A DNA stretch of 36,201 nt from an uncultured Planctomycetia bacterium. GTDB lineage: Bacteria > Planctomycetota > UBA8108 > UBA8890 > UBA8898. Under the pieces are notes generated by a model that saw only the letters and a list, made by a program, of their open reading frames with translations, did no database searches and was not told where the DNA came from. This document shows, piece after piece, positions 8,783 through 16,695 of the stretch. Both the position numbers and the translations under genes were made by a program. The stretch spans positions 1 through 36,201 of the forward strand of contig CAZGYL010000001.1 in NCBI GenBank assembly GCA_964529985.1. Reading direction: 5' to 3'. Positions within the stretch are counted from its first letter, which is position 1, and each line of letters opens with the position of its first letter.

Positions 8783-8796
8783 GCGGCGCAACTCGG

Positions 8797-11010
8797 TCAG
8801 CCCTGCCGGCCGACTTTGGATCCCGAAGTGCGCCGCACGGACTCGTTCTTCTTTTTCTCATTCACCTCCACCAGTTGGATCTGTACGGGACCCGGCGGAG
8901 AAATCAGCACATCCCCGACTGAGACATGAGTCACCCGGCCATTGCGGGTGCCCACACAGCGGTAAACGCCTTTTACGATTCCAGGGATTATGATTCCTCC
9001 TTGCGGATCGACGATGCATTTATGAAGTTGTCTGCCTGCGGAATCCAAGATTTCCAAGAAACGCGGAGGCCGACCGGAACTCACGTTTATACGGCCTCTG
9101 ACAAAAGGAGCCGGTGTGAGTTGGATCGAAATGGGACCGGCCGCGGGGACCTTAATGGAATGAAGTTCAACAGGTGCGAAGCCGTAGGCCGCAACAAGTA
9201 CGTCGTAGGTTCCGGGAGGAATCCCCTGGGCCACTCCTACTCCACGTTCGACTCGAAGCGCAGCGGGTTGATAACGCGAGCTGCCCTCACGGGCATACCA
9301 GAAGTTGACCCAAGAAAACTCAGGTGCAGCGCCTTCGACCGTCAGATTGAAAACCAGGCGTGTACCTTGAGTATCGTTCTGCTCGGGAGCCGGTTTGAGA
9401 ATCAGCACAACCTCTTCACCGAAGGAGTCGACCTGAATCGCTTCGCTTCTCAGCCCGGCGGCCCTTGCCATGATCAGGTGTTTTGCCTTTTCCAGGCCGA
9501 AAGCCAGGAATCCTCCCTCACCGTCGTAGAGAATATGAGTGGGGGCAACCGGCCTCCAACCGTTTGCAATGCCGGGATCGGAAACGCGCAAAACCACGCG
9601 CCCTCCCGGGACCGGCTGGCCGTTCTCGGTTATCATGCGGCCGTGGAGCTCCTCTCCTTTAGTGGCCGTACCGACCCAGGGGGTAAGTCGGGGGAGGACG
9701 ACTTCGCGTTCGCCTTCGCGCGAAGCCGCCATGGTGCGGTGCAGCCACCTTACGGCATAGCGGCCTGCGGGTACTCCTTCGATTTGAAACGCGCCGTTCC
9801 TATCGGTTCGCGCAACGAAAAGCTTCGGTTCAACAAACCTGCCTATTAGGAACTCAACGTTGTTCCAGTAAGACGGGCGATCGACCGGAAATATCTTGAC
9901 ACTGACACCGGCTACCCCTTTCCCCTCTTCGTCTACGATCCGCCCGGCGAAAGTGCATAGTTCGTTGAGTTTAACCGCAAAAGGCTTTCCGCTTTCAATC
10001 TCGCCCGCGCGATAGAGCGTCCAGCCGGGAGCGAAACCATCCGCGCTCGCCACAAGAACCGTTTCCCAAAGCACGCACGGGGCGTGCCAGGTAAAGCGCC
10101 CGCTGGCATCCGCAACGGTTTCGCGCCAGTCTTTTGAAGCAAAAAGCCCTTTTCGTACCAGCCAACTCCAACAAACTCTCGCGAAAGGTACCGGCCTTCC
10201 TGTGGGATCCAAAACCACGCCTTCCCGAGTGAGTGCCGGTTCAAGAAGGAAAAGAACCGGACGCGATCCGGTGTCGTATGCCTGAAGCCCCACCCAGCGT
10301 GTCGCTGCGGTGAATCCAGGGCATCTGACGTCTATTCTGAAAGAAAGGAGCTCCAACGTGCGGCGGGGGGGAGCGTCCGCTCTCAAAGTAATTCGAAGCG
10401 GCGGAAGGGGCAAAACACCGCAACCGTCCGGACCTGTACGTGCGCCTTGAAGAGGGGGGCCTTCAGGTTCCGAAACCGTGATCGTTGCACCTGCAAGGCT
10501 TTCCCCGGTCTGGGCGTTCAGCACTTTAACGCCGTATGACAGGTGGTCGGGAAGCGGCAATTCGAGGGGATTCGGCAGTTCACCTTGCGAGAGAAAGGTA
10601 ACGGGCGTGTAGTCCAGGTGCTGGACGTACAGTGTGAAGGAGGGGCCCCGATACGGAAGCGAAAGGCGGAACCTGCCGTTCTCGTCGGTTTGGATCTTTC
10701 CGCTCGGTCCCTCCTCCCACCGCACGGAGGCGCCGGGAATCGCCTCGCCGTCGCTCAAGCGTACGACGCGGCCTTCGAGCGTGGCCTGTTCCCCCTTTTT
10801 CCCTTCGGGTTCCTCATGCTTTTCCCCAGAAAACGGTGTGGGGGCGGGCCAGCGGTTCGCAACGGCAGGGTCGAACCGCTCGGCCTGCGGACGAGTGGTA
10901 CGGCCGGCAGGGTGGGAACCCCACGAACCCGCCCACCACCAGGCGTTGAGGGCGATCACGATTACAAAGGCGCCGAGGACCAACCACTCTCGTCGCCGTG
11001 AACCCATCAC
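8797..11010 (-). CDS. Membrane-anchored (N-terminal TM) protein with tandem carboxypeptidase-regulatory-like beta-sandwich repeats; paralogue of the sigma-fusion ectodomain
   Basis: N-terminal anchor EWLVLGAFVIVIALNAWWWAGSW. Repeated G-R-(V/I)-x-D-x-x-G-x-P-(V/I)-x-G/A-x-V motifs: GRVVRLSDGEAIPGASV, GVVLDPTGRPVPFARV, GRIVDEEGKGVAGVSV, GRMITENGQPVPGGRV. The start is GTG 11010 or ATG 11007. Confidence 0.8.
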   Translation of the reverse strand: MMGSRRREWLVLGAFVIVIALNAWWWAGSWGSHPAGRTTRPQAERFDPAVANRWPAPTPFSGEKHEEPEGKKGEQATLEGRVVRLSDGEAIPGASVRWEEGPSGKIQTDENGRFRLSLPYRGPSFTLYVQHLDYTPVTFLSQGELPNPLELPLPDHLSYGVKVLNAQTGESLAGATITVSEPEGPPLQGARTGPDGCGVLPLPPLRITLRADAPPRRTLELLSFRIDVRCPGFTAATRWVGLQAYDTGSRPVLFLLEPALTREGVVLDPTGRPVPFARVCWSWLVRKGLFASKDWRETVADASGRFTWHAPCVLWETVLVASADGFAPGWTLYRAGEIESGKPFAVKLNELCTFAGRIVDEEGKGVAGVSVKIFPVDRPSYWNNVEFLIGRFVEPKLFVARTDRNGAFQIEGVPAGRYAVRWLHRTMAASREGEREVVLPRLTPWVGTATKGEELHGRMITENGQPVPGGRVVLRVSDPGIANGWRPVAPTHILYDGEGGFLAFGLEKAKHLIMARAAGLRSEAIQVDSFGEEVVLILKPAPEQNDTQGTRLVFNLTVEGAAPEFSWVNFWYAREGSSRYQPAALRVERGVGVAQGIPPGTYDVLVAAYGFAPVELHSIKVPAAGPISIQLTPAPFVRGRINVSSGRPPRFLEILDSAGRQLHKCIVDPQGGIIIPGIVKGVYRCVGTRNGRVTHVSVGDVLISPPGPVQIQLVEVNEKKKNESVRRTSGSKVGRQG

Positions 11011-11082
11011 TGCGTTCTCCGCACTACCGGGGTAACCAACCTCCGCTGCTGTACAAAGCCTCCGCAGATCTCCAGACTCCCT

Positions 11083-11106
11083 TTACGTCTTGCTTCGTTA
11101 CGTCTT
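11083..11106. repeat. Direct repeat TTACGTCTT x2 (15-bp period) upstream of the 737-aa gene
   Basis: ttacgtctt at 11083-11091 and at 11098-11106. On the coding (minus) strand this reads AAGACGTAA x2, about 75-95 nt upstream of the start. Confidence 0.6.
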
Positions 11107-11119
11107 AACGCTGTGCACA

Positions 11120-11566
11120 TTACTCAGTGCAGTCTTGACAGTAATCACAAGGATCCGACCAAACCGGCGTTACGTAGTGCGTCGAAGGCGAAAGGCACGG
11201 AAGATAAATGTACACTTTCGCCCACGAGCCTCTTGGATCGTCCCAGTCGAACCTTTCCGACTCCAGGCACCAGTTCACAAGCGATACGTCCGACTCAACG
11301 TCGAAACAGTACTCATTCCAATCCAGGCCGACCCACAGCGTGATCGTGTGATCGCAAACGTTGAACGTGTCCGGACTGTAGAGGTAGAGGCAGAGCCAAC
11401 CTGATTCCGACCCCTCCTTTGTGACCTCACCGTCGCACCACTGAAGGCAGCTCTGGCAGCTCTGGTCCACATCGGTCGAGTAAATCGAGAGGTTGTTGCA
11501 GGTAAGGTCGCCTCCGGCCGGAATACCTATCAAAAGAAGAACCGCTGCAAGTGACGCGCGAAGCAT
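11120..11566 (-). CDS. Small secreted Cys/Trp-rich acidic protein (148 aa precursor), unknown family
   Basis: ORF 11120..11596 trimmed to ATG 11566, which has AAGGAGG 6 nt upstream. Signal peptide MLRASLAAVLLLIGIPAGG. The mature part has 12 Cys and 8 Trp. GC is locally lower, about 50-55% over lines I hand-counted versus about 60% in a neighbouring gene. Confidence 0.7.
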   Translation of the reverse strand: MLRASLAAVLLLIGIPAGGDLTCNNLSIYSTDVDQSCQSCLQWCDGEVTKEGSESGWLCLYLYSPDTFNVCDHTITLWVGLDWNEYCFDVESDVSLVNWCLESERFDWDDPRGSWAKVYIYLPCLSPSTHYVTPVWSDPCDYCQDCTE

Positions 11567-11796
11567 AGCCTTTCCTCCTTGGTCTGCGCGGTGCAACCGA
11601 ATTGTGGCTGCATCGCATGCTTCCTCATTGACTTATGCCCCGCAGAGGCCGGCCTGAGTGCCAAAAAATTTCCGCGTTTCCGATTTCTTTTTTTTCACGG
11701 AGGCGATAAAAGAGGCTTAGGCGGCGCGGGCGAGTGCGGCGGGAGGACCTGTGGACGAAGAGGCAGGGGGGTGAAGCAGGAGAAAAGGACCCTCAG

Positions 11797-14298
11797 CTAC
11801 CTGGGCCGAGCACGCTCGCTTCGCAGGCGGATTTCAATCGGGGAGCTTCTGGGCAGCTGGATATCGGTAATTTCCACGGGCCGGTAGCCCGGCACGAAAA
11901 TACCGATACTGTAGGCGTCCCCCTCAAGCCCGGCGAGCTGAACGACACCGCTTCTTGCGAGCGTGTGGTACTTTAGGGTTTCGCCGCCTGCCGACCTGAG
12001 GGTCAGAGTCACCCGTTCGCTTTCCAGAAGGCCTTGTTCGGTTGTCAGCCGCAGCAGCAGGGAAGGCTGAAGAGGAGCGTACGGCCTGCGGCCCGACGAA
12101 AGGACGAGCGCCAGGTCGGCTGCAGGGTACTCCAGGGTGATCTCTTGAGGAAGCCCTTCAGGAGAGGTGATAAGCAGGCGGCAGGGAAAGCGCACGCGGG
12201 GGTCGAACCTGAAACTGCCGTCAGCAAGGCACTCGACGGCGCTTGAACGCTTTAGCCCCTCAGGAAGGCCGCTGGCCCACGTAAGAAGCACCCGGGCACG
12301 CGGTATCGGCTTCAGCCGCTCGTCAAGCACTCTTCCCCAAAGCTCTCTGACTTGCACCTTTCCCACCCACGGTACATGACGCGGAACCGTTAGGCAGGAA
12401 TCCGCTGCGGCTGCGAGGCCCGACAAGGTCACCCGGTAGCGTCCCGGCGGTACCTTTTCAAGGTGAAAGGCTCCTGTACCGTCGGTTACCCCTTCAAGAC
12501 CGCGCCCTCCGGGAAACCGTTTCAGGAGGCTTGCCACCAGAGGCTCAACACCGGCCGGCACAAGTTTGAAAACCATGTGGGCAAGAGATGACCCGTCGGC
12601 CGCAAGCAGTTTGCCTTCAACCGAAAACGCTTGACCCAAGTGAATCGAAAGCGGTTGGTCCGGTTCTTTGACTTCGGTTTGAAGGACAGCAGGAGCAAAA
12701 GGCTCCCGCCATACTGCGATGGTGCAGGCTCTGAATCTGCGCGGAAGCGTCAGGGCAAACCGGCCGGATTCATCCGCAACTGCTGCCAGTGGGCCGGGGT
12801 TCGGCAGGATCGGACCTTCGTCCGAAATTGAGCTTACCCTTGCAAGTACCCGCGCACTTGCAACGGGTCGTCCCTCAGGGTCGAACACAATGCCTGTGAT
12901 AGTAATCCCTCTTGCCAGGCGGATGATTCGTTCGCCCGGGCGGGCGCTCAAGGTAATAGGAATCCTACGTGGGACGTAACCGGGAGCTGAGATTTCAACC
13001 GAGGCGCTTGGAGGCCAACTGCATATTCTTCCTGCTGCAACGTCGGCTTGCATCTCGCCCGGGCGCAGCGCGACTTCGCCCGTCTCACCGGTTGGACCCT
13101 GCGTGAGCTCGGGGCAGCAGGATATGCGAAGTCGCAACAAAGCGCCTTCAAGCGGCGAGGCGCTTTGTGCGTCGAGCACTTTGAAGCGGAAAGGCTTGTC
13201 CGGAAGCAGGTACAGAAGAAGCCTGGTTTCAAATGGATCAACCACAGTGAAGCGTGCAGGTAGAAAGCCTTCCCTCTGGACCGTAAGTTTGAGAAGATTT
13301 TCGTGCGAGCAACTCAAAATCGCGGTTCCGTCGCTCTGCGAGAGAGTAAATGACCGAGGATCAGAGGCGTCGGAAATTCCAAGGACCGCCCCTTCGATCG
13401 GTTTCTCTTCAGGCCACGAAACAACAACCGCTGATACGCGTCTCATATCGGGCCTGAGCGCGCTTCTTCGTCCCGCCTCCAAGCGCTCTCCGAAATGCCC
13501 GATCGTAGGGCCGATCAGAGCCACCTTCGGGACCCTATCCCTAGGAGTCTCGGGCTGCGTGTTTCGGCCTCCCAGCAAAATGATTCCAACGAGGCAGACA
13601 GACGGAATTGAAAGCAAGGCCGCAAGCTTCGCTGCAGCCGAGGCCGGCTGCAGCCCTCCGCCCGCCGGTGAAGCGGGAAGACTCTGAGCCGCTTTTAAAA
13701 CTGTTTTATCCAATTGCCCGGCCGGAAGTTCTGCAGCAGAGACTCGGTCGGGCCACCCTGCCAGAGCTGCAAGCACCCCTGCGCCGAAGGTTTTTTTCAG
13801 AAGCTCCCTGCCTCTGACAAGTCGGCGCTGAACCGTGCGGACGCTGCACGCCATAAGGTCCGCAACTTCCTCCCGCGTAAGCTGGGCGCAGTGAAAATAG
13901 TAAAGCGTAAGAGCAAGTTCTTTATCCAAGGAGTTCAGCATGTCCCAGATTTCGCTGAGCAGAGGATCGGGGGGCCGCTGCTCGTGATCTCTGTTCCGGG
14001 CGGCCCGCATTTCCCTCAGCCGCCTGCGCTCTTCGGTGCGTATCCAGCGGCTGGCAAGCTGGTGCGCAAGAACGACCAGGTAGATTCTGGGGCTGGCGGG
14101 AAGCGGAAGCGCCGGGCGGCTGAGAAGCAGCCCCAGAAACACGTCCTGCGCCACATCTTCAGCTGCAGCCCAATCGCCTGTCACGCGGTAGGCCGTCGTT
14201 AGGACCAGATTGCGGTATTCGGCGTATAGGGCAAGAAAATTCTCTCGCGTAGGGCAACGGAGATATCGCTCCAGGGTATCGCCTCGCATCTTCCCCAT
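11797..14298 (-). CDS. ECF sigma-70 family factor fused through one TM helix to a roughly 590-aa extracytoplasmic carboxypeptidase-regulatory-like repeat domain
   Basis: Region 2: AAEDVAQDVFLGLL...YLVVLAHQLASRWIR. Region 4 HTH: LTLYYFHCAQLTREEVADLMACSVRTVQRRLVRGRELLKK (aa 1-170, nt about 14298-13789). TM helix AAKLAALLSIPSVCLVGIILLGG (nt about 13632-13567). Repeats follow: ITGIVFDPEGRPVASARV, VEGKLLAADGSSLAHMVF, LWGRVLDERLKPIPRARV. GGAGG lies 8 nt upstream of the ATG. Confidence 0.85.
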   Translation of the reverse strand: MGKMRGDTLERYLRCPTRENFLALYAEYRNLVLTTAYRVTGDWAAAEDVAQDVFLGLLLSRPALPLPASPRIYLVVLAHQLASRWIRTEERRRLREMRAARNRDHEQRPPDPLLSEIWDMLNSLDKELALTLYYFHCAQLTREEVADLMACSVRTVQRRLVRGRELLKKTFGAGVLAALAGWPDRVSAAELPAGQLDKTVLKAAQSLPASPAGGGLQPASAAAKLAALLSIPSVCLVGIILLGGRNTQPETPRDRVPKVALIGPTIGHFGERLEAGRRSALRPDMRRVSAVVVSWPEEKPIEGAVLGISDASDPRSFTLSQSDGTAILSCSHENLLKLTVQREGFLPARFTVVDPFETRLLLYLLPDKPFRFKVLDAQSASPLEGALLRLRISCCPELTQGPTGETGEVALRPGEMQADVAAGRICSWPPSASVEISAPGYVPRRIPITLSARPGERIIRLARGITITGIVFDPEGRPVASARVLARVSSISDEGPILPNPGPLAAVADESGRFALTLPRRFRACTIAVWREPFAPAVLQTEVKEPDQPLSIHLGQAFSVEGKLLAADGSSLAHMVFKLVPAGVEPLVASLLKRFPGGRGLEGVTDGTGAFHLEKVPPGRYRVTLSGLAAAADSCLTVPRHVPWVGKVQVRELWGRVLDERLKPIPRARVLLTWASGLPEGLKRSSAVECLADGSFRFDPRVRFPCRLLITSPEGLPQEITLEYPAADLALVLSSGRRPYAPLQPSLLLRLTTEQGLLESERVTLTLRSAGGETLKYHTLARSGVVQLAGLEGDAYSIGIFVPGYRPVEITDIQLPRSSPIEIRLRSERARPR

Positions 14299-14328
14299 CG
14301 AGAAGACCTCCTGAAAGTCACTAAGAGC

Positions 14329-14357
14329 ATTATGAGGGGTTCTCGGGCGCTGATCAA
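14329..14357 (-). promoter_or_regulatory. Sigma-70-type promoter candidate TTGATC-N17-CATAAT for the sigma-fusion gene
   Basis: Minus strand has TTGATC (14357-14352), a 17-nt spacer, then CATAAT (14334-14329). The site is about 30 nt upstream of the ATG at 14298, with the SD sequence in between. Confidence 0.45.
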
Positions 14358-14394
14358 GGCCGAAAAAACGTCGGAAAGCCGGCCGGCGGGATTC

Positions 14395-15141
14395 TCAGGT
14401 ACCCACACCAAGCCATTTCTGAAGTAGAAAGGTGATTCGGCCGATCAGTAAGGACACCCTCGCCATGACCGTGTAACCGAAGGACGCACCAAAAGAGACC
14501 ATAAGGAAAAGCACGCCCACCCGACTTGCGATCCCCCAGGCGCCCTTGTGCTCCACAGAGAAAAAGAAGTAGAACAAAACCGTCATGACACCCGTAAAGA
14601 CCACCAGGGCGTTGACATCGAAGGCGCCGTGTGCCCAAAGGGGCTGCATGGTACCTGCGATTTGCTGGAAGATGTAGTTGGTCACATACCTGGGGATTGC
14701 GAATCCCGCAGTGAAGCCCACGATGAACGCGAAAGATATGCGGCTCAGGTACGCGAGGGGCCGGGAGAAACGCAGGAAGAGAAAGAGACCGAGCGAGGCG
14801 GGAACGGCGACCTTCAGAAAGTACCATGCTCCGGCCTGGCGGGGCGGGTTGCGGAGGGGCTCGATTACCTCTATTACTATAACCGGATACCAAACCTGGA
14901 GGAATGTGTACGCAGCGGCGACACCTACGTACAAGTGCTCGGCGAAGGTGAAAAGGGGATTATCCCGGTACAGGAAGCTGTAAAGACTCAAAGTCAGCCC
15001 TGCGGCGGCAATGATTCCGAAACCCGACCAATCGGCTTTCAGCCGACCTGCGAAAAACAAAAGCGCATTGATTCCGGCGAAAAGCACCATGAACGTCAAC
15101 ACCAGCGGAACGTTTCTTTGCTGAGATCGTTCATTTTCCAT
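14395..15141 (-). CDS. Polytopic integral membrane protein, unknown family (module gene D)
   Basis: ORF 14395..15195 trimmed to ATG 15141 (MENERSQQRNVPLVL...), which overlaps the stop of the upstream gene by 11 nt. It is hydrophobic throughout, with about 7 predicted helices. I recognise no catalytic or transporter motif. Confidence 0.7.
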   Translation of the reverse strand: MENERSQQRNVPLVLTFMVLFAGINALLFFAGRLKADWSGFGIIAAAGLTLSLYSFLYRDNPLFTFAEHLYVGVAAAYTFLQVWYPVIVIEVIEPLRNPPRQAGAWYFLKVAVPASLGLFLFLRFSRPLAYLSRISFAFIVGFTAGFAIPRYVTNYIFQQIAGTMQPLWAHGAFDVNALVVFTGVMTVLFYFFFSVEHKGAWGIASRVGVLFLMVSFGASFGYTVMARVSLLIGRITFLLQKWLGVGT

Positions 15142-15964
15142 AGCTCGGGATCCTCTTGCGTTGCAGCAGGAAGAGCGCGTTTCCGGTGAAAACAAGCAAC
15201 ACGATCAAAAGATGGGCCGCACACTGCGCGCGCATTCCCGCCATAGCGGGCCCGCTCCGCCCGGTGAGGTACTCGTACTCCGCGGCTCCGGCCAGCCCTC
15301 CAAGCAGCCCCTCCAACTGGCCTGTCTGGATCCACGGGTAAAGATCCGGCGCAACGACCGCCGTGCAGCCTCCTCCGACCGGTATATGGGCTTTGTCCTG
15401 CCCGTATACGATCCACCACTCAAGCGTTTCCCCGTGGGTTATAACCATAAGGTAGTTGAAGTCACCCAGATTCCGGATGTCAGAAGCAACCGGAAGCTTT
15501 GAGATCGGAGTTCCCCGCCAATCGCGATCAAACGCTGCTGAGAAGCGCTCCGTCATGGCGATGATGAGAGCACGCTCGCCGGAACGGTATCCCAGATAAA
15601 CGTAATCCTTGCCGTACTGTCTGCCGTATCGCTTCGCCTCTTCTTCGAGCACGGATCCCACGAGGCCTACTCCTGCAGGCTGGTGGGTCATCGCAACTAT
15701 GCGGATTCCCAAACGAAAGCAGTGCCCCAGGAGCGTATGTGCCATGGGGTTGAGCTCTTCTTTGGAGGAAGGATCATAGTCCATGGAAACCAAGATACGC
15801 GCGCCGGGCTTTCGTCCCAGTGATTCGATGCGCTCGAAAACACGCCTTGTCAGAGGAGAGGGCCTTATGGGAAGGCGGAACGGCACCAGTATCGCAGCGA
15901 CAACCGAAGAGAAGAGCAGGACGAAGATAATCCGCCGGTCGAGATCGGCAAGTCTGCTGAGCAC
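15131..15964 (-). CDS. Bitopic membrane protein (TM, about 200-aa domain, TM), unknown family (module gene C; paralogue of gene A)
   Basis: GTG start with AAGGAGG 5 nt upstream. N-terminal TM IIFVLLFSSVVAAILV and C-terminal TM AAHLLIVLLVFTGNALFLL. Topology and co-linear motifs are shared with the 326-aa protein. Confidence 0.7.
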   Translation of the reverse strand: MLSRLADLDRRIIFVLLFSSVVAAILVPFRLPIRPSPLTRRVFERIESLGRKPGARILVSMDYDPSSKEELNPMAHTLLGHCFRLGIRIVAMTHQPAGVGLVGSVLEEEAKRYGRQYGKDYVYLGYRSGERALIIAMTERFSAAFDRDWRGTPISKLPVASDIRNLGDFNYLMVITHGETLEWWIVYGQDKAHIPVGGGCTAVVAPDLYPWIQTGQLEGLLGGLAGAAEYEYLTGRSGPAMAGMRAQCAAHLLIVLLVFTGNALFLLQRKRIPSYGK

Positions 15965-16001
15965 TATCGCCTCCTTCCAAAGGGAGTCATTTCAGGAGAC
16001 A

Positions 16002-16652
16002 CTATTCGCCTCCGAGGTACGTGCGCTCGACGCCGAGGATGATCCGAAGCGAGGTCGCTACGATTCCCAGTCCCATGCCGATCAGAATCGCCCGCTTCAC
16101 CGCCATGTTGGGGTAATCAAGAAGCCAATCTGCAAGCTGTGGGATTCGGATGCCGAGCAGGTTGCCGATGGGGATCCGGCCGATCATAACCACAAGCGCA
16201 GCAAGAAGAAGCACGGTCGCCTCAAAAGTTTTTGCTCTAAAAGCACGGTAAGCGGCCGAAGCTATGAAAAACGCCAAAAGAGAAAACATGGTGGCGCTGC
16301 ACGGCACCTGTATGTAGTTGTAAAGCCAATCGACCCGGCGGTCCGCCAGCTCCGTCACGAAAGGCCCCTTGCCCCCGTTGTAGAGCCCGAAAAAAAGGGT
16401 GAGCGCGAATCCGACGAATACAACGAAACTGTAGGCGGATCCCGGACTCCGACTTCGAATTTTCGCCCAATGTACGCTCAGCAGGTTTACAAGTCCCAGA
16501 ATCAAGGCGAAGCCGAGTACGATACTTCCCCATTTTGAAAGCGTCTCGCTTACGGCATTTGCCGTCGGGTGGGAGCTCCAATAGACTGCTATGCACACAA
16601 CGCCGGTTATGGAAGCCACGGCTGTGGGAAGCACCCTGTGAAGGAACCTCAC
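16002..16652 (-). CDS. Polytopic integral membrane protein, unknown family (module gene B)
   Basis: GTG start with GGAGG 6 nt upstream. About 6 hydrophobic helices, for example IVLGFALILGLVNLL, SFVVFVGFALTLFFGLY, MFSLLAFFIASAAY, ATVLLLAALVVMIG, AILIGMGLGIVATSL. Confidence 0.7.
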   Translation of the reverse strand: MRFLHRVLPTAVASITGVVCIAVYWSSHPTANAVSETLSKWGSIVLGFALILGLVNLLSVHWAKIRSRSPGSAYSFVVFVGFALTLFFGLYNGGKGPFVTELADRRVDWLYNYIQVPCSATMFSLLAFFIASAAYRAFRAKTFEATVLLLAALVVMIGRIPIGNLLGIRIPQLADWLLDYPNMAVKRAILIGMGLGIVATSLRIILGVERTYLGGE

Positions 16653-16695
16653 GCCAACCTCCGGTTTTCTCTCTGCACAACAGCGCCCGCTGCGG

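Noticed and set aside
8591-8796. Whether the structured intergenic region is a known RNA: SRP/4.5S, 6S, tmRNA, tRNA or a c-di-GMP riboswitch.
   Set aside because: I found no GGAAGCAGC-type SRP domain IV motif, no T-arm/acceptor or CCA-type tRNA/tmRNA features, and no GEMM-like tetraloop/receptor core. It is kept only as an unclassified structured element pending an Infernal/Rfam scan.
11640-11700. Sigma-54-like TGGCAC (minus strand, 11663-11658) and GGAAAC -35-like boxes upstream of the Cys-rich gene.
   Set aside because: TGGCAC is not followed by a GC dinucleotide at the required GG-N10-GC spacing. GGAAAC has no CGT-type -10 element 16-17 nt downstream. The shared 8-mer TCGGAAAC, also near 17737-17744, is within chance expectation for 36 kb.
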